A DNA stretch of 64,000 bases from Acutalibacteraceae bacterium (GCA_045537915.1 JAZSQK010000010.1:5717-69716); one strand, 5' to 3'. Positions 1 to 8,921 are shown, counted from the stretch's first letter. The notes: generated from the letters alone by a model not told the origin. Numbers and translations: made by a program.

Positions 1-601
1 AGAACTTAACATCCTCGTACTCGGTTTCAGGAGCAGCAGCTGCAGGAGCCTCTGCACAAGCGGCAGCGGCAGGAGCAACAACGGGATTCTCCATAAGGTT
101 TCTCACGTCACGCTCAATAACTCTTCCGTTAGGACCTGTAGGTGTTGCAAGTGACGCATCAACACCGGCTCTCTCTGCGAGTTTCTTTGCTCTGGGAGAA
201 ACAGCAGCGCCATCTGCACTTGCAGTTGTTGCAACCGGTGCAGGTGTTGGAGCTGGGTCAGGGGCGGCTTCTGCTTTAGGTGTGGGAGCAGCCTCTGCTA
301 CAGGCGCAGGAGCAGCCTCCTCGGCAGCAGCGCCATCAGGACGAAGGGCAGAACAATCATCTCCCGGATTTCCTATAGCGCAAACGTTAACAAGGCAAGG
401 TACCTCTTCTCCGTCGCCGAAGAAAATCTCGAGCAGAGTTCCCTCTTCGGTAGATTCACATTCAAAACTAGCTTTGTCGGTTTCGTATGTAAAGAGTATA
501 TCTCCAACCTTTACAGCGTCGCCGACCTTCTTTTCCCAATTTCCGATAATACAGCTTTCAACAGTTATACCGGCCTTGGGCATGATTACAGCATTTGCCA
601 A
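1..601 (-). CDS. Dihydrolipoamide acyltransferase (E2 of a 2-oxoacid/acetoin dehydrogenase complex), N-terminal part. The 3' end runs off the window.
   Basis: My own reverse translation; the ORF has no stop in the window, so it is absent from the ORF track. (TTG)ANAVIMPKAGITVESCIIGNWEKKVGDAVKVGDILFTYETDKASFE is a lipoyl domain with the ETDKA lipoyl-lysine. An Ala/Pro linker follows, then VSPRAKKLAERAGVDASLATPTGPNGRVIERDV, a peripheral-subunit-binding domain. AAGGAGG lies 7 nt upstream of the TTG at 601. Confidence 0.8.
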   Translation of the reverse strand, partial: MANAVIMPKAGITVESCIIGNWEKKVGDAVKVGDILFTYETDKASFECESTEEGTLLEIFFGDGEEVPCLVNVCAIGNPGDDCSALRPDGAAAEEAAPAPVAEAAPTPKAEAAPDPAPTPAPVATTASADGAAVSPRAKKLAERAGVDASLATPTGPNGRVIERDVRNLMENPVVAPAAAACAEAPAAAAPETEYEDVKF

Positions 602-837
602 AACAATTCCTCCTTAATTGTCGATAACTAAACTACATAGTTACCCAATCTATTACACTTTAATTATACTACTAGTTAAAAATTTGTCAATCACTTTTTG
701 AAAAATGAGCAGATTGTCCAAACCGCAAAGAAAATGAGGTTTTTGCTATGTTTACTTTTTAAAATTTTACGCTCTTTTTAGGGGTAAAACTGTTGACTAT
801 AGCCTCTCGTCAGGTTACAATAAAGTCAGGTGATACT

Positions 838-1827
838 ATGTTAACTCGGTTGCAGGTTTGTATTAGTGACTGCCTTGACCCATACGAAAATCTGGCTTTG
901 GAAAAGCAGCTTTTTGATACCGTTGAAAACGACTGCTGTATTCTTTATTTATGGCAGAACAAGGACACGGTAGTTATTGGTAAGAATCAAAATCCCTGGG
1001 CAGAATGTAAATGCTCTCTTCTTGAAGAGGAGGGTATACGTCTTGCTCGTCGTCTTTCGGGCGGAGGCGCAGTTTTTCACGACCTTGGAAACCTCAATTT
1101 CACCTTTATCTGCCACTCTGAAAACTATGACCTTGCCCGTCAGATGTCGGTTATTGCAAATGCCTGCAGTCTTGCCGGAATAGATACCGAGCTTTCAGGG
1201 CGGAATGATATTCTTGCAAACGGCAGAAAATTTTCAGGCAATGCATTCTATAAATCAAACGGGCGTTCCTATCATCATGGCACCATCCTCATTGATGCCG
1301 ACACCGAAAGAATGTCCCGTTATCTTACTCCCTCAACCGCAAAGCTTGAAGCAAAGGGGGTAAAATCGGTTCGGTCACGGGTGGTTAATCTCAAGGAGTT
1401 CTCCCCTACCCTTACGGTCGATAAAATGAAGCAGAATATGATCCTTGCATTTGGAAAGGTCTACCAGCTCGAGCCTATAGTAATAAACACAATAGATAAA
1501 ACTTCCGTTTCACTTAAGGCAGCAGAGTTTCAAAGCTGGAAATTCGTTTACGGAACCCCTATTCCCTGTACTTTGTCCTGTGAAAAACGTTTTGACTTAG
1601 GAACGATAAATCTCAGGCTGCAAATAAAGAGCGGAGTTATTGAGGCTCTGGAGGTCTACACCGACGCTATGGACCACGAGTTGCCCGACAAAATTAAGGC
1701 AGCTATTTTAGGGGTTGCCTTTGACAGAGGTTCTGTTTTGGCCGCTCTGACAGAAAAACTTCCCGCCGATTATACCAAGGCTATATCCGAGCTTCTGCAA
1801 AACGAATTATCCTTAAAAAACACTTGA
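838..1827 (+). CDS. lplA: Lipoate-protein ligase A
   Basis: LYLWQNKDTVVIGKNQNPWAEC, RRLSGGGAVFHDLGNLNFTF, GRKFSGNAF and HHGTILIDAD are LplA/BPL_LplA_LipB motifs. Start trimmed from the ORF-track 793 to the ATG at 838 (MLTRLQVCI). Confidence 0.85.
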   Translation: MLTRLQVCISDCLDPYENLALEKQLFDTVENDCCILYLWQNKDTVVIGKNQNPWAECKCSLLEEEGIRLARRLSGGGAVFHDLGNLNFTFICHSENYDLARQMSVIANACSLAGIDTELSGRNDILANGRKFSGNAFYKSNGRSYHHGTILIDADTERMSRYLTPSTAKLEAKGVKSVRSRVVNLKEFSPTLTVDKMKQNMILAFGKVYQLEPIVINTIDKTSVSLKAAEFQSWKFVYGTPIPCTLSCEKRFDLGTINLRLQIKSGVIEALEVYTDAMDHELPDKIKAAILGVAFDRGSVLAALTEKLPADYTKAISELLQNELSLKNT

Positions 1828-1867
1828 CACTAGGCCCAAAATATAATACAATTTGACCATACGCCAC

Positions 1868-1954
1868 GCCGCTGTGGTGGAATAGGCAGACACAAGGGAC
1901 TTAAAATCCCTCGTTGGCGACAACGTACCGGTTCAAGTCCGGTCAGCGGCACCA
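1868..1954 (+). tRNA. tRNA-Leu (anticodon UAA), class II with long variable arm, encoded CCA
   Basis: Acceptor stem GCCGCTG/CAGCGGC. Anticodon loop CTTAAAA within GGGACTTAAAATCCC. Long variable arm, T-arm GGTTCAAGTCC, 3' ACCA. Confidence 0.9.
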
Positions 1955-1962
1955 AAGCATTC

Positions 1963-2011
1963 AAACCCGAACCTACAACCTATCGGTGAAACGTTCGGGT
2001 TTGTTGTTTTC
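1963..2011 (+). terminator. Hairpin plus T-rich tail downstream of tRNA-Leu
   Basis: AAACCCGAAC (1963-1972) pairs with GTTCGGGTTT (1993-2002), followed by GTTGTTTTC. Confidence 0.55.
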
Positions 2012-2082
2012 TTAAAAGATGTTAAATAGCCTTTGTTTGTGTCAGTACAGAGTTAGTCGCTCTGCACTGCCACTTCTTTGTT

Positions 2083-2310
2083 TCAATGAATTTTCGAACA
2101 TATTTCTATAAGCATATGTATATGGTCAGGACACGCCTCGGCTTCTATTATATTTACACCTTTTTGTTCACATAATTTCCTTAAGATTTTTCCTATGTCT
2201 GTTTTTATCTCTTTGTATATTGCTTGTCTGCAATATTTAGGCGCAAATACAATATGGTATTGACATCTCCACTTAGTATGTTCTAAACTATTTATGTCCT
2301 TCTCTTTCAT
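2083..2310 (-). pseudogene. tnpA: Truncated IS200-type Y1 transposase TnpA (75 aa; C-terminal part missing)
   Basis: MKEKDINSLEHTKWRCQYHIVFAPKYCRQAIY...ACPDHIHMLIEI matches the HUH (HIH) N-terminal two-thirds of IS200 TnpA. It stops right after the HUH motif, before the region that should carry the catalytic Tyr. AAGGAGG lies upstream of the ATG at 2310. Confidence 0.75.
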
Positions 2311-2430
2311 GCCTAGGACCTCCTTGGTATATTTTGTTGGGTTGGCGAACCTCAACTTCAATATACCAAGGAGTTTTTATTATGTCCATAGCTAAAGCTC
2401 TTTTGCCCACTGGCAGAGCCAGTGGTTCTT
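2083..2430 (-). mobile_element. IS200/IS605-family element remnant: 5' UTR structures plus a truncated tnpA
   Basis: Contains the truncated Y1-transposase ORF. A 13-bp inverted repeat CTCCTTGGTATAT (2320-2332) / ATATACCAAGGAG (2361-2373) covers the SD. A CCACTGG/CCAGTGG hairpin lies at 2407-2425. Confidence 0.7.
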
Positions 2431-2440
2431 ATACGAAAAG

Positions 2441-2474
2441 ATAAACGGCAAACGGAATTCCGTTTGCCGTTTAT
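2441..2474 (-). terminator. Rho-independent terminator at the end of the long minus-strand array
   Basis: Perfect palindrome ATAAACGGCAAACGG-AATT-CCGTTTGCCGTTTAT, followed on the minus strand by CTTTTC. Confidence 0.7.
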
Positions 2475-2492
2475 TATTTACTTTAAGTAGTA

Positions 2493-3755
2493 TTAGAAAA
2501 GTATTACAAGGAATTGTGATACAAGAACAACTGCTATCAGGGCTATCGGATAGGTTGCAGCATAAGCAGCGGCAACATCCTCTGTTCCTGCGGTTTTGAT
2601 AAGTGTTCCGAGGGCAGGTGTGCTTGTCATGCCACCGGTAATTGAACCGAGGTTGTTAAGCAGACTGAGCTTAAGCACATATTTTGCAAACAGATATCCG
2701 ATAATCATCGGAACTATAGTCATTACTATTCCGTAGACAAAGTACATCGGGTCAAAGTTTGCTACAAACTCTGCGCCTCCGGGAATTCCTGCACCAACGA
2801 GGAACAGCACAAGTCCTAATTCTCTGAAAAGTTTGAGGGTGCTCTGATTTGGCATAATGCTCACCGAGCCTACACGTCCAAAGTGTCCGAGGATGAGGCT
2901 TACAAGCAGACAGCCGCCCGTTGTGGTCAGCGAGAAACAGGTTCCGCTAAGTCCTTGGTTTGAGAGAGGTATCTTTATCTGACCTACAAATGTTCCAAGC
3001 ACTGCGGCAAGTGAAAAGGCCGCTATGCCCATATGGTCAAGTTCGAAAAGCTTGGCTACTACTTTTGCTTTATCATCTTCCTCCTTGACTACAAGTTTTG
3101 CTCTTTCTTCATCCATATTAGCTTTGCTGAGCTTAGGAATTATCTGAACAAAGAGGACAACTCCTATTACGCCGAAGATATACGCTATACCGTGGCCAAC
3201 CGAAACAAGACCTGTAAACTCCGGGGCAACGGTTGCCTTTGCTGCCGAAAAAGCAGGTGTTGATGTCAGTGAACCTGACAGCAATCCTACTATCATTGCT
3301 ACAAAGCCGTCCTGGCTTTCTATTGTTGCGCCATAGCCAACCAGTTCGCCTGCATAAATACAACCAGCTGCAGAAAGTCCGCCGGCGATAATGATTATAA
3401 GACCAAGCAGCACATAGGACTTAAAGTTCTTTTTGAAATTGCCAAAAAACTTTGGTCCTGCAATATAGCCTACAGAGGTCACAAAAAGCACAAGTCCGAG
3501 GCTTTCGATTATTGAAAGTCCGCCAGAGAAGTCATAGGGTTTTGCAGAGCCGCTAAAAAGAAGCTCTCCTCCATCCCCTATTCCAAAGAAAAGGGCTCCG
3601 AAGACAAGGGCTATTATAAAAACCCCTGCATCTCCAAGAGAAATGCCCTTTATTGTAATTCTTCCAAGGGCGTATCCTACAAAGAGGACCGAGAAAGCCA
3701 CAAATAAAAGGGTTGAAATATTACTTATAGAAATAACACCATTAAAAAGACTCAT
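2493..3755 (-). CDS. AAE-family (AspT/YidE/YbjL/SucE-like) anion transporter, short form; candidate succinate/C4-dicarboxylate exporter
   Basis: 420 aa and highly hydrophobic, with two homologous halves. The N-terminal GRITIKGISLGDAGVFIIALVFG is typical of the Asp-Al_Ex duplication. The central loop is only about 30 charged residues. Last gene of the mdh-fumC-hdr-flx-frd array. Confidence 0.6.
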   Translation of the reverse strand: MSLFNGVISISNISTLLFVAFSVLFVGYALGRITIKGISLGDAGVFIIALVFGALFFGIGDGGELLFSGSAKPYDFSGGLSIIESLGLVLFVTSVGYIAGPKFFGNFKKNFKSYVLLGLIIIIAGGLSAAGCIYAGELVGYGATIESQDGFVAMIVGLLSGSLTSTPAFSAAKATVAPEFTGLVSVGHGIAYIFGVIGVVLFVQIIPKLSKANMDEERAKLVVKEEDDKAKVVAKLFELDHMGIAAFSLAAVLGTFVGQIKIPLSNQGLSGTCFSLTTTGGCLLVSLILGHFGRVGSVSIMPNQSTLKLFRELGLVLFLVGAGIPGGAEFVANFDPMYFVYGIVMTIVPMIIGYLFAKYVLKLSLLNNLGSITGGMTSTPALGTLIKTAGTEDVAAAYAATYPIALIAVVLVSQFLVILF

Positions 3756-3776
3756 TTAAAAAGACTCCTTTTCGCC

Positions 3777-5375
3777 TTAAACCTTACGGGTATAGTCGGG
3801 AAGCAGCTTGGGCGATACGGTTGCAGTTTCGATTCCTGCAGACTTAATCTGGTTTTCAAACTCTTCAATATGTGAAAGGGTAAGTTTGCCTACCTTTACA
3901 TTTTTAGCCTTGGCAGCCGCATTCATACCTGCGCTTCTGCCGAAAACGATGATATCAAGAAGAGAGTTGCCCATAAGGCGATTTCTTCCGTGAATTCCTC
4001 CTACCGCTTCTCCTGCTACAAACAGATTTTCAACATTTGTAGTCATACAGTCAGAGCCGATATCAAGGCCGCCGTTCTGGTAGTGGAGTGTGGGGTAAAC
4101 AAGAATGGGCTCCTTACGAATGTCGATTCCGTATTTTTCAAACATTCTCCACATTGCAGGAATTCTCTTCATAATGGTTCCCTCTCCGCCGATCTTTTCA
4201 ATCATAGGAGTATCAAGCCATACGCCCTTGCCGTTGCCGGTTTCTACGCCGTTGTTTCTCTCGTTACATTCACGGATAATTGAGGCTGCAGAAACATCTC
4301 TGGTTTCGAGCGGATGCATAAACACCTCGCCCTTTTCATTAACCAGCTTTGCGCCCAGAGAGCGAACCTTCTCGGTAACAAGCGCACCGAAAATCTGCTC
4401 TGGATATGCAACACCTGTAGGATGATACTGCAGAGTTTCGGCATAAAGCAGCTTTGCGCCTACCCTGTAGCCAAGAACAAGGCCGTCAGCCGTTGCGCCG
4501 TAATGGTTAGAAGTCGGGAAGCCCTGATAGTGCATACGTCCTGCGCCGCCCGTTGCAATAATAACCGTTTTAGCTTTTGCAACAAGCAGTTCCTTGGTTT
4601 CCATATTCATAAGCACTGCGCCGGCAGCATTGCCGTTTTCATCCAAGATAAGCTCAACCGCAGCAGTAAAATCAACTACCGGAATATTGCGGTTAAAGAC
4701 CTCATCACGAAGGGTTCTCATTATTTCGGCACCCGAATAGTCCTTTGCGGCGTGCATACGCTTACGGGAGGTTCCTCCGCCGTGGGTTGTAACCATTGTG
4801 CCGTCGGCATCCTTATCGAACTCAACCCCTAAATTGCTTAGCCACTGAATTGCCTCTGGAGCATCGCAAACAAGCTTTGACAAAAGCTCTCTCTTTGCGG
4901 CAAAGTGACCGCCTCCGAAGGCATCTACAAAGTGGATTGCGGGAGAATCATTGGGCTTGTCGGCCGCCTGAATGCCGCCCTCGGCCATCATTGTGTTGGC
5001 ATCGCCTATACGAAGCTTGGTAACGATCATTACGTCTGCTCCGGCTTCGTTTGCCTCAATAGCAGCCGATGCGCCTGCTCCGCCGCCGCCGATTATAAGA
5101 ACATCGGTTTCATAATCGGGCGCCGAAAGGTCAACGCTTTCGGCAGTAATGCGGCTATGCGCCTGAAGAATTTCGGCTAGCTCCTTCGGCACCTTTTCTC
5201 CCTTGTTGGCGCCGATTTTAAGGACATCAAATTCTTCCTTTTTGTAGTCCGGATGGAAAGCCGCAAGAAGATCTTCCTTCTGCTTTGCTGTCATTCGGTC
5301 GGGCTCAAGAGCAATATTTTTTTCTCTTGCCGCTTCAACTGCAGCAATAGATTTCTGAAAATTTTCCGAATACAT
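3777..5375 (-). CDS. Soluble fumarate reductase/succinate dehydrogenase-type flavoprotein (FrdA/TfrA-like)
   Basis: DVLIIGGGGAGASAAIEA dinucleotide fold, LQYHPTG, LVTEKVRSLGA, TLHYQNGGL and LFVAGEAVGGIHGRNRLMGNSLLDIIVFGR match FAD_binding_2/succ_DH_flav_C motifs. About 90 aa of N-terminal extension. Confidence 0.75.
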   Translation of the reverse strand: MYSENFQKSIAAVEAAREKNIALEPDRMTAKQKEDLLAAFHPDYKKEEFDVLKIGANKGEKVPKELAEILQAHSRITAESVDLSAPDYETDVLIIGGGGAGASAAIEANEAGADVMIVTKLRIGDANTMMAEGGIQAADKPNDSPAIHFVDAFGGGHFAAKRELLSKLVCDAPEAIQWLSNLGVEFDKDADGTMVTTHGGGTSRKRMHAAKDYSGAEIMRTLRDEVFNRNIPVVDFTAAVELILDENGNAAGAVLMNMETKELLVAKAKTVIIATGGAGRMHYQGFPTSNHYGATADGLVLGYRVGAKLLYAETLQYHPTGVAYPEQIFGALVTEKVRSLGAKLVNEKGEVFMHPLETRDVSAASIIRECNERNNGVETGNGKGVWLDTPMIEKIGGEGTIMKRIPAMWRMFEKYGIDIRKEPILVYPTLHYQNGGLDIGSDCMTTNVENLFVAGEAVGGIHGRNRLMGNSLLDIIVFGRSAGMNAAAKAKNVKVGKLTLSHIEEFENQIKSAGIETATVSPKLLPDYTRKV

Positions 5376-5387
5376 AAACTTTCCTCC

Positions 5388-6062
5388 TTACTTCTCGATT
5401 TCTCTGGTATTATAGAGTTCTTTCATCTCATCTATCGGCTTGTTCATAAGAGCCTCAATAAGCTCATTAAAGTCGCCGTTTTTGATTTCCTTTACTCTAT
5501 CCTCAAGATGTCCGCAACCGGGCGCAAGATATTTGCCGTTGATTCTTCTGGCAAGCATTGCAACCTGAGGGTGCGAAATTCCTGCTGGGCATCTCGCTGA
5601 GCAAACGCCGCACATTACACAGTCAAAGGACTCCTCTGCGCACTTTTCAAAATCTCCACGCTGAGCATAGGCTATGTACTGCATAACGTTAAGCTTCTGT
5701 GTGCAGATCTTTGTACAGGCGTTACAGCCTACACAGGCATAAATTTCGGGATAAAGCTGCATCATAACCGTCTCGGTTACAGGAATTTTTTCAATGTCAT
5801 AAACCTGCTTTACAAGGGGGAAGAAGGGCAATGTTGCAATATACATATTGTCCTCAACCTTGGTCTGACAAGCAAGACAGGCCTTAAGCTCTCTGTCCCC
5901 TTTTATGCGATAAACAGTGGCACAGGCACCGCAGAAGCCGTTACGGCAACCGCAACCACGCACCAGCTGATATCCGGCATATTCCATAGCGGTCATAATC
6001 GTTAAATTTTCGGGCACTTCATACTTCTTGCCGAAAAGAAAAATGTTAACCATTTTTTCCAT
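5388..6062 (-). CDS. SdhB/FrdB-type iron-sulfur subunit (2Fe-2S plus two cubane-cluster motifs)
   Basis: CGCRNGFCGACATVY...C (plant-type 2Fe-2S as in SdhB), CVGCNACTKIC and CVMCGVCSARCP. Confidence 0.7.
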   Translation of the reverse strand: MEKMVNIFLFGKKYEVPENLTIMTAMEYAGYQLVRGCGCRNGFCGACATVYRIKGDRELKACLACQTKVEDNMYIATLPFFPLVKQVYDIEKIPVTETVMMQLYPEIYACVGCNACTKICTQKLNVMQYIAYAQRGDFEKCAEESFDCVMCGVCSARCPAGISHPQVAMLARRINGKYLAPGCGHLEDRVKEIKNGDFNELIEALMNKPIDEMKELYNTREIEK

Positions 6063-6074
6063 ATTACCTCTCCT

Positions 6075-6908
6075 TTAATACTCACTGGGAAGTTCTTCCA
6101 GCTCATCACAGCGGAAAACAGGTCCGTCTTTGCAAACATATTTAGAACCGACGTTGCATCTGCCGCACTTACCGACTCCACACTTCATTCGAAGCTCAAG
6201 AGTTGTGTAAACATTGGTTTTCTCAAAGCCGAGCGCTACAAGTCCCTCTAAAGTAAACTTTATCATTATAGGCGGTCCGCAAAGCACTGCAACCTTGTCG
6301 GTATCAAAGCCGAGTTCCTTTACAAAGTTGGGAACAAAGCCTACATGTCTGTCCCAGCCCTCCTGAGCATTATCAATAGTCAGGTGGACATTAACTCCCG
6401 CATCGGTCGACCATTCCTCAATTATTTCCTTGTAATCAAGAAGGTCGTCCTTGCTTCTTGAGCCGTATACTATATCGATTTTACCGTAACGGTCACGGTA
6501 GTGACGGCAATAGTTAATTACCGAACGAAGAGGCGCAAGGCCCACGCCACCCGCAATGAAAAGCAGATTTTTACCTGCGAACACATCATCAACAGGGAAA
6601 GGCTTTCCGTAGGGTCCTCTGATTGTAATCTGCTGACCTACCTCTGCCTGATGTAACCACTCGGTAACGCAACCGCACTTCTTTATGGAGAACTCCATAA
6701 ACTCTTCGTTTGTCGGAGAGGAGGTTATAGAGAACATTGCCTCGCCCACACCGGGTACCGAAAGCATAGCGCACTGACCTGGCATATGGTCGAATGCCTT
6801 TTTGCCGTCGGTTGTGACCACTCTGAAGGTTTTAATGTCAGGAGTGTCTATTCTGACATCAGTAATGACGCCAATCTTTGGAATTAAGGTTTCGTCGTAG
6901 TTATTCAT
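6075..6908 (-). CDS. flxA: FAD/NAD(P)H-binding oxidoreductase with C-terminal 2Fe-2S (FlxA / AsrB / hydrogenase-gamma / PyrK-like)
   Basis: FRVVT...PGQCAML (FAD barrel), LLFIAGGVGLAPLRS (NAD fold), CGPPIM and CGVGKCGRCNV...C cluster. Start trimmed to the ATG at 6908, which overlaps the upstream stop (ATGA). Confidence 0.7.
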   Translation of the reverse strand: MNNYDETLIPKIGVITDVRIDTPDIKTFRVVTTDGKKAFDHMPGQCAMLSVPGVGEAMFSITSSPTNEEFMEFSIKKCGCVTEWLHQAEVGQQITIRGPYGKPFPVDDVFAGKNLLFIAGGVGLAPLRSVINYCRHYRDRYGKIDIVYGSRSKDDLLDYKEIIEEWSTDAGVNVHLTIDNAQEGWDRHVGFVPNFVKELGFDTDKVAVLCGPPIMIKFTLEGLVALGFEKTNVYTTLELRMKCGVGKCGRCNVGSKYVCKDGPVFRCDELEELPSEY

Positions 6909-7930
6909 TTTCCAAGACCTCCAAGCTTCTTCATTACTTTTACTATATTCATAGAAATAGGACACCTTGAAAGGCAACGTCCGCAGCCCACACAGCTAAA
7001 CAGTCCGTCATTATTTTCGGGATAATAAACAAGCTTATGCATAAAGCGTTGACGGAAACGCTCCATCTGTGTATTTCGGTTGTTTCCGTGTGCCATTCTT
7101 GTAAAATCGGAATACATACAGGAATCCCAACATCTGTAGCGGATAACTCCCTTGCCTGTGTTGAAATCCTTAATGTCATAGCACTGGCAGGTAGGACAGA
7201 CAAAGGTACATGTTCCGCAACCGAGACAGGCTTCGGACAGCTCATTCCATTCAGGCGCATTAAAGAACTTATTTGTCTTACCGCCGCCGAAGGAATCTGT
7301 CTTAAGGTCCTTAAGAGGCAGTTTTTCCATAATGGCGGAAATTTTCTTTTTCATATTATCTGCGGCATTTTCAGAGCATTCCTCGGTAATATCCGAGAGT
7401 GTCTTTAAAAGGGCCTCTCCCTTTTCGGTATTAGCCTTTAAAAACAGTTCGCTTTCATTTTTCCATACGCTGATATCCCCTGCAGGTTCGGCAGGGTCAA
7501 TGCCGAAGGTTTTACAAAAACAGGTTTCGGCAGGTTTTGAACAAGCGACCGACACGAGTATGCCGTGTTCTCTCCTTGCCGCATAAAAGCTATCGACCGG
7601 CTCACTAAGGAACACTCTGTCGAGTATATCAAAGCTCTTTACATCACAGGCTCTGATTCCGAAAATCACAAAATCCTCGGTAGCGCTTCTTGTGTCGATA
7701 ACCTCGATATTTTTTCCCGAAGTCTTGAATTCCATCAGGTTTTCGGTCTGGGGGAAGAAGAAATCCTTGGGACTTCTTACGGTATTGAGGGCATTGCTCC
7801 AGGTTGTGCCCTCCTCCCACTTTTTGAAGGCGGCGGTGCCGTCATTCTGGTCTACAGGAAGATAAAGGGTGGCACTCTCGGCAATTCTTTCAAAAAGAGT
7901 ATTTACAGAGTCAAGAGAACATTTACGCAT
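6905..7930 (-). CDS. flxB: Fe-S protein, FlxB / AsrA / sulfhydrogenase-beta-like
   Basis: CLGCGTCTFVCPTCQCYD and CVGCGRCLSRCP motifs. Start trimmed to the ATG at 7930 (MRKCSLD), overlapping the flxC stop (ATGCGTAA). Confidence 0.65.
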   Translation of the reverse strand: MRKCSLDSVNTLFERIAESATLYLPVDQNDGTAAFKKWEEGTTWSNALNTVRSPKDFFFPQTENLMEFKTSGKNIEVIDTRSATEDFVIFGIRACDVKSFDILDRVFLSEPVDSFYAARREHGILVSVACSKPAETCFCKTFGIDPAEPAGDISVWKNESELFLKANTEKGEALLKTLSDITEECSENAADNMKKKISAIMEKLPLKDLKTDSFGGGKTNKFFNAPEWNELSEACLGCGTCTFVCPTCQCYDIKDFNTGKGVIRYRCWDSCMYSDFTRMAHGNNRNTQMERFRQRFMHKLVYYPENNDGLFSCVGCGRCLSRCPISMNIVKVMKKLGGLGK

Positions 7931-8921
7931 CGGTATTCCTCCTCTCAAAAGCCTCGCCGGGTTCGATATCCTCGGTGGTATAGTCGACAAGCGGCGCTCT
8001 GGAGCCTACCTCGGCTCCAGCCTGATATTCTCCGTAAAATTCATTTATATCCTTAATAAACTTGCGGTTTAAAAGATGTAGAGGAATATTCTGCGGACAA
8101 ACTCTTGAACATTCGCCACAGTCGGTACAACGTCCCGCAACATGATAGGCTCTGATAATATGGAACATCTTTTCTTCAAAGCTGTTTGCAGGAGATTTGT
8201 TTTCAACCCCCGAATCAGCGTTTCCAAAGACACACTTTTCGCAGGTACAGGCAGGACATACGTCACGACAGGCATTGCAGCGGATACAGCGTGAAAGCTC
8301 ATTCTGCCAGAAGGCAAATCTTTCTTCCGCCGTCATTGCCTCAAGTTTTGCAACCTCGTCAAAGCGGTTTGAATCCAGAATCTCGCCCTCCTCGCCGAGC
8401 AGCTCGTCATAGGCGACATGCTTTTTGCTCTTGCAGTTTAGGCATCTTTCGGCAAGAACATCCTTTATATCAATCAGAACAGGCTCATCATCATAAAGGG
8501 TTGTAACAGAAAGTTTATCCCCTACCGATTCTATCGAAGAGATTCCCTCCCCTGCTACCGCCTTTACCTTTGCTATATCAACCATTCCCTCACAGCCAAC
8601 GCCGACGGCATAGACCTTTTCTCTGTCAAAACGGTGCTCGGTCAGAAGCTGATTAAAGCTATATGTATCGCAGGGCTTTAAGAAAACGAGTATCTTACCC
8701 TCTGTTTTCTGGGTTTTTGAAACGAGATATTTTGAGAAGTTTGCTCCGCAAAAATCGTTCCATACAAAATTTTCTCTGATTTCTTGCTCGGTAGTGAAAA
8801 CGGCGGGTGTAATATCGTAATCGAACTCGCCCTTACTCCAACCGAGAATAGCGGTCACGGTTCCCTCTTTGAGTAAAGAAACCGCCCTTTCAACCAGTTG
8901 TTCACGGGTTACTTTTTGCAT
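7923..8921 (-). CDS. flxC: Fe-S protein, FlxC-like (4Fe-4S dicluster C-terminal half)
   Basis: CIRCNACRDVCPACTCEKC and CTDCGECSRVCPQNIP. Lies between the mvhD-like and flxB-like genes, as in flx clusters. Confidence 0.6.
   Translation of the reverse strand: MQKVTREQLVERAVSLLKEGTVTAILGWSKGEFDYDITPAVFTTEQEIRENFVWNDFCGANFSKYLVSKTQKTEGKILVFLKPCDTYSFNQLLTEHRFDREKVYAVGVGCEGMVDIAKVKAVAGEGISSIESVGDKLSVTTLYDDEPVLIDIKDVLAERCLNCKSKKHVAYDELLGEEGEILDSNRFDEVAKLEAMTAEERFAFWQNELSRCIRCNACRDVCPACTCEKCVFGNADSGVENKSPANSFEEKMFHIIRAYHVAGRCTDCGECSRVCPQNIPLHLLNRKFIKDINEFYGEYQAGAEVGSRAPLVDYTTEDIEPGEAFERRNTDA

Noticed and set aside
282-617. ORF-track ORF (+, 111 aa), Ala/Ser/Pro-rich
   Set aside because: It lies antisense to the clearly recognisable E2 lipoyl/PSBD coding sequence on the minus strand. 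Its low-complexity composition is the mirror of the E2 Ala/Pro linker. It has no SD.
3777-5375. The flavoprotein considered as L-aspartate oxidase (NadB) or AprA
   Set aside because: It is immediately followed by an SdhB-type 2Fe-2S/4Fe-4S subunit and preceded by fumC and mdh. No nadA/nadC or sat/aprB context is present. This remains to be confirmed by phylogeny.
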